A stretch of 62,521 nt of DNA, filler included, from Globobulimina sp. (taxonomy: Eukaryota), in NCBI GenBank assembly GCA_003354225.1. It is 29 parts of 29 records of this genome, joined end to end, with 100 filler letters (N's around TTAATTAATTAA, not from the genome) between each part and the next. Parts side by side here need not be neighbours in the genome. Positions count along the whole stretch, not along the records: positions 60,464 to 62,521 come from PIVH01009365.1; 28 more parts are not named here. One strand, 5' to 3'. How positions within the stretch are numbered: the first letter of the stretch is position 1; each line of letters begins with the position of its first letter. Below the pieces are notes generated by a model. It was not told the origin of the DNA, ran no database searches, and saw only the letters and a program-made list of their open reading frames with translations. A program made the position numbers and the translations under genes. This document shows positions 60,522 through 62,521 of this stretch, one piece after another.

Positions 60522-61844
60522 TTACAATAAAGACAAATCCCAGTTCGAATTTGGTTCATAACAACATCCCTCAACACATAAAACAAAATTTTTTGTCGGT
60601 TCAATTTTTTTAACATATATCTGATTCAATCTATCCACTCCATCACTTGTAATCCCTTCATTATTCTTTAAATCTATCCACATTCTACTAAATGAGATTT
60701 TCATTGAACTCATATCTACCGCAGGCCTCAAAGCATCACTATTATCTATATTCTCCGTATCATTTTTATTTTCATCAATACGCATTTCTTTATCATCATC
60801 ATTCAATTTTGGAGTGTTGCTACTCACATCATCCTCATTCCGATCCGCCACCAATTTTCTCTCCACAACTTAGTCATTTTCGTACATATTTATCATTGCA
60901 TAAAATATCAACAAACTTAACTTGAATCAAACTCATCGTCAGTGCAAAAATCCAAACTTTCTTCTTCACGATCACTGTCCCCATCTTCTGATGACATATA
61001 AATAACTTCTTGGAAATTATCATTTGGGCATGACTGTGATTGTGATTCTTTGTCAATCGATATGTCATTATCATCGATATCAGAACTATCGCTGCCATAC
61101 ATTCCATTATTAATTTTATAAACACTTTGACAAAAATCGTAAATAACATCACATGTTTTGTTTGTAATGGATGTATTGCTAAGATCTAACACTTCTAAAT
61201 GGTGAGTATTTGCTGCAATGCAAAGAAATAAATCTTGAATACATTGGTCATTTATCAATGGATTATCCGCTAAGTATAAATATCGAATGTTGTGGGTGTA
61301 AATTAATAATTTGTTGCTTAGTGCATATAAATGATTCGAGGAATTCAATCCAATATTATCTAAATGCAAATTATGGAGTATCGGACCAATGCCACTGATT
61401 TCATGAACGAGAATATCATATAGAAATTTTATAATAGAGTCGACCTGCGAAGAATCGTTGGAACTAAAAGTTAATTTCAAGGAAGTGTCTAAAAAATTTT
61501 GAAACGAATTTTCAGGGAAATATTCAGGTAATTCTGATGCATAATCTTTCATGACACGTTAATGCGGAATATTTTCTATTTGATAAATCAATGCAGTTTG
61601 ATGAATGTCGGTAGGCTTTCTTATTTCGAAAATATTTGTCAATAATTGCGTTTTTTAAGACGCAGAAATCTGATTTTGAATGTAAACTGAAATCAAATGA
61701 TGATATATTGAATATAGCGTTCATCCATCGGCATGTGGCTGGTAATAAAAATCGTTCATAGGGCAGCAAATATTTAACAATTTCATACTCAAATATATAT
61801 CTCCCGATCATCTGCAACATCCCGTTGCTACATTCTGTGCTCAT
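60522..61844 (-). pseudogene. F-box-like plus LRR protein with a 1-nt frameshift near 61553; intron 60869-60921
   Basis: IVKYLLPYERFLLPATCRWM; LRRs LHLDNIGL, LYLADNPLIND, LDLSNTSIT. Confidence 0.65.
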
Positions 61845-61917
61845 ATTTAAAATTGAGTTACTTACTTAAAGTTTTCTGTTTTTACAGAATCAAGAAATGA
61901 GTTAAGATTGCAAACCG

Positions 61918-62521
61918 TCACAACTTACCAAATGATTGAAACGATCCGTGTTTACCAATCCCACTCACAAACTTTTTCGGTCCGACAGCAATTTCTTTAA
62001 AGGCATCGCTGTTAATTGCTCTCTCCGTTTCATATTTTAACGCATTTAGTATATTATCACCATATAAATTTTTATACACATTCATCCGATCCAATTTCAT
62101 ACAATTCTGCGGAAAGGAAGCTATCAATCTGGCCACATCCATTGTTTTGCACAATAATTGATTCTCATCATCGGTATCAATTAATCGTGAAATTAGACCA
62201 ATTTGCTTTGCTCTCTTTGCATTTACTTCGCATCCCGTTAATATCATATCCATTGCATTGGAAACACCGATCAACTGCGGCAACCGTACAGTTCCACCAT
62301 CCATCAACGGCACACCAAATCTTCTGCAAAACACTCCGAATTTTGCCGTATTATCCGCAATTATGATATCACACCACAATGCTAACTCCAATCCGCCAGC
62401 AACTGCATAGCCAGAGACACAAGCAATAGTCGGTTTTGTTAACAATAACCTTGAAACTCCCATAAATCCCATACTGTCAATATACGGTGTGATTGTGTTT
62501 GATTTATTTGAATGGATTGGT
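61918..62521 (-). CDS. Enoyl-CoA hydratase/crotonase, 5'-truncated
   Basis: KPTIACVSGYAVAGGLELALWCD, FGVPLMDGGTVRLP; ends GKL. Confidence 0.93.
   Translation of the reverse strand, partial: PIHSNKSNTITPYIDSMGFMGVSRLLLTKPTIACVSGYAVAGGLELALWCDIIIADNTAKFGVFCRRFGVPLMDGGTVRLPQLIGVSNAMDMILTGCEVNAKRAKQIGLISRLIDTDDENQLLCKTMDVARLIASFPQNCMKLDRMNVYKNLYGDNILNALKYETERAINSDAFKEIAVGPKKFVSGIGKHGSFQSFGKL

Overview
This window is not a contiguous locus. It is 29 unrelated contigs of about 2.06 kb (2061 down to 2058 bp, sorted by length), joined by artificial 100-nt linkers (N44-TTAATTAATTAA-N44, stops in all six frames), so no synteny can be read across linkers. The DNA is AT-rich, gene-dense and eukaryotic, with short (about 50-70 nt) GT-AG introns. 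A divergent beta2-type tubulin ([22 protein letters not shown]...) points to Retaria, most likely a foraminiferan. Recognisable genes: a peroxisomal SDR, TAPT1, an M6PR/ATG27-like receptor, a HAD protein, a class-V PLP enzyme, a formin, GEX1/KAR5, a Patched/NPC1-like protein, sulfotransferases, a HECT tail, a DHHC enzyme, an NDR-like kinase, an atypical Rho, a 2OG oxygenase, kinesin, histone-fold, TLDc, TPR, U-box, PARP, PuuE-like deacetylase, ceramidase and crotonase, plus a non-LTR retrotransposon. Most notable observations: (1) a ~30-aa helical module (V.GY.R...P.DII.LC..FY) grafted onto 5-7 unrelated proteins, possibly a lineage-specific SOCS/F-box-like E3 adaptor system; (2) a dispersed ~110-135 bp hairpin element with CACTG ends and compensatory pairing, in 4 copies on 3 contigs; (3) an atypical Rho whose polybasic CAAX tail lies behind an in-frame TAG; (4) a 101-aa mitochondrial-type mini-protein carrying only the NDUFV1 N-terminus; (5) a formin FH1 region built of symmetric phase-1 micro-exons. 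All family calls are from motif recognition by eye; no database searches were run.
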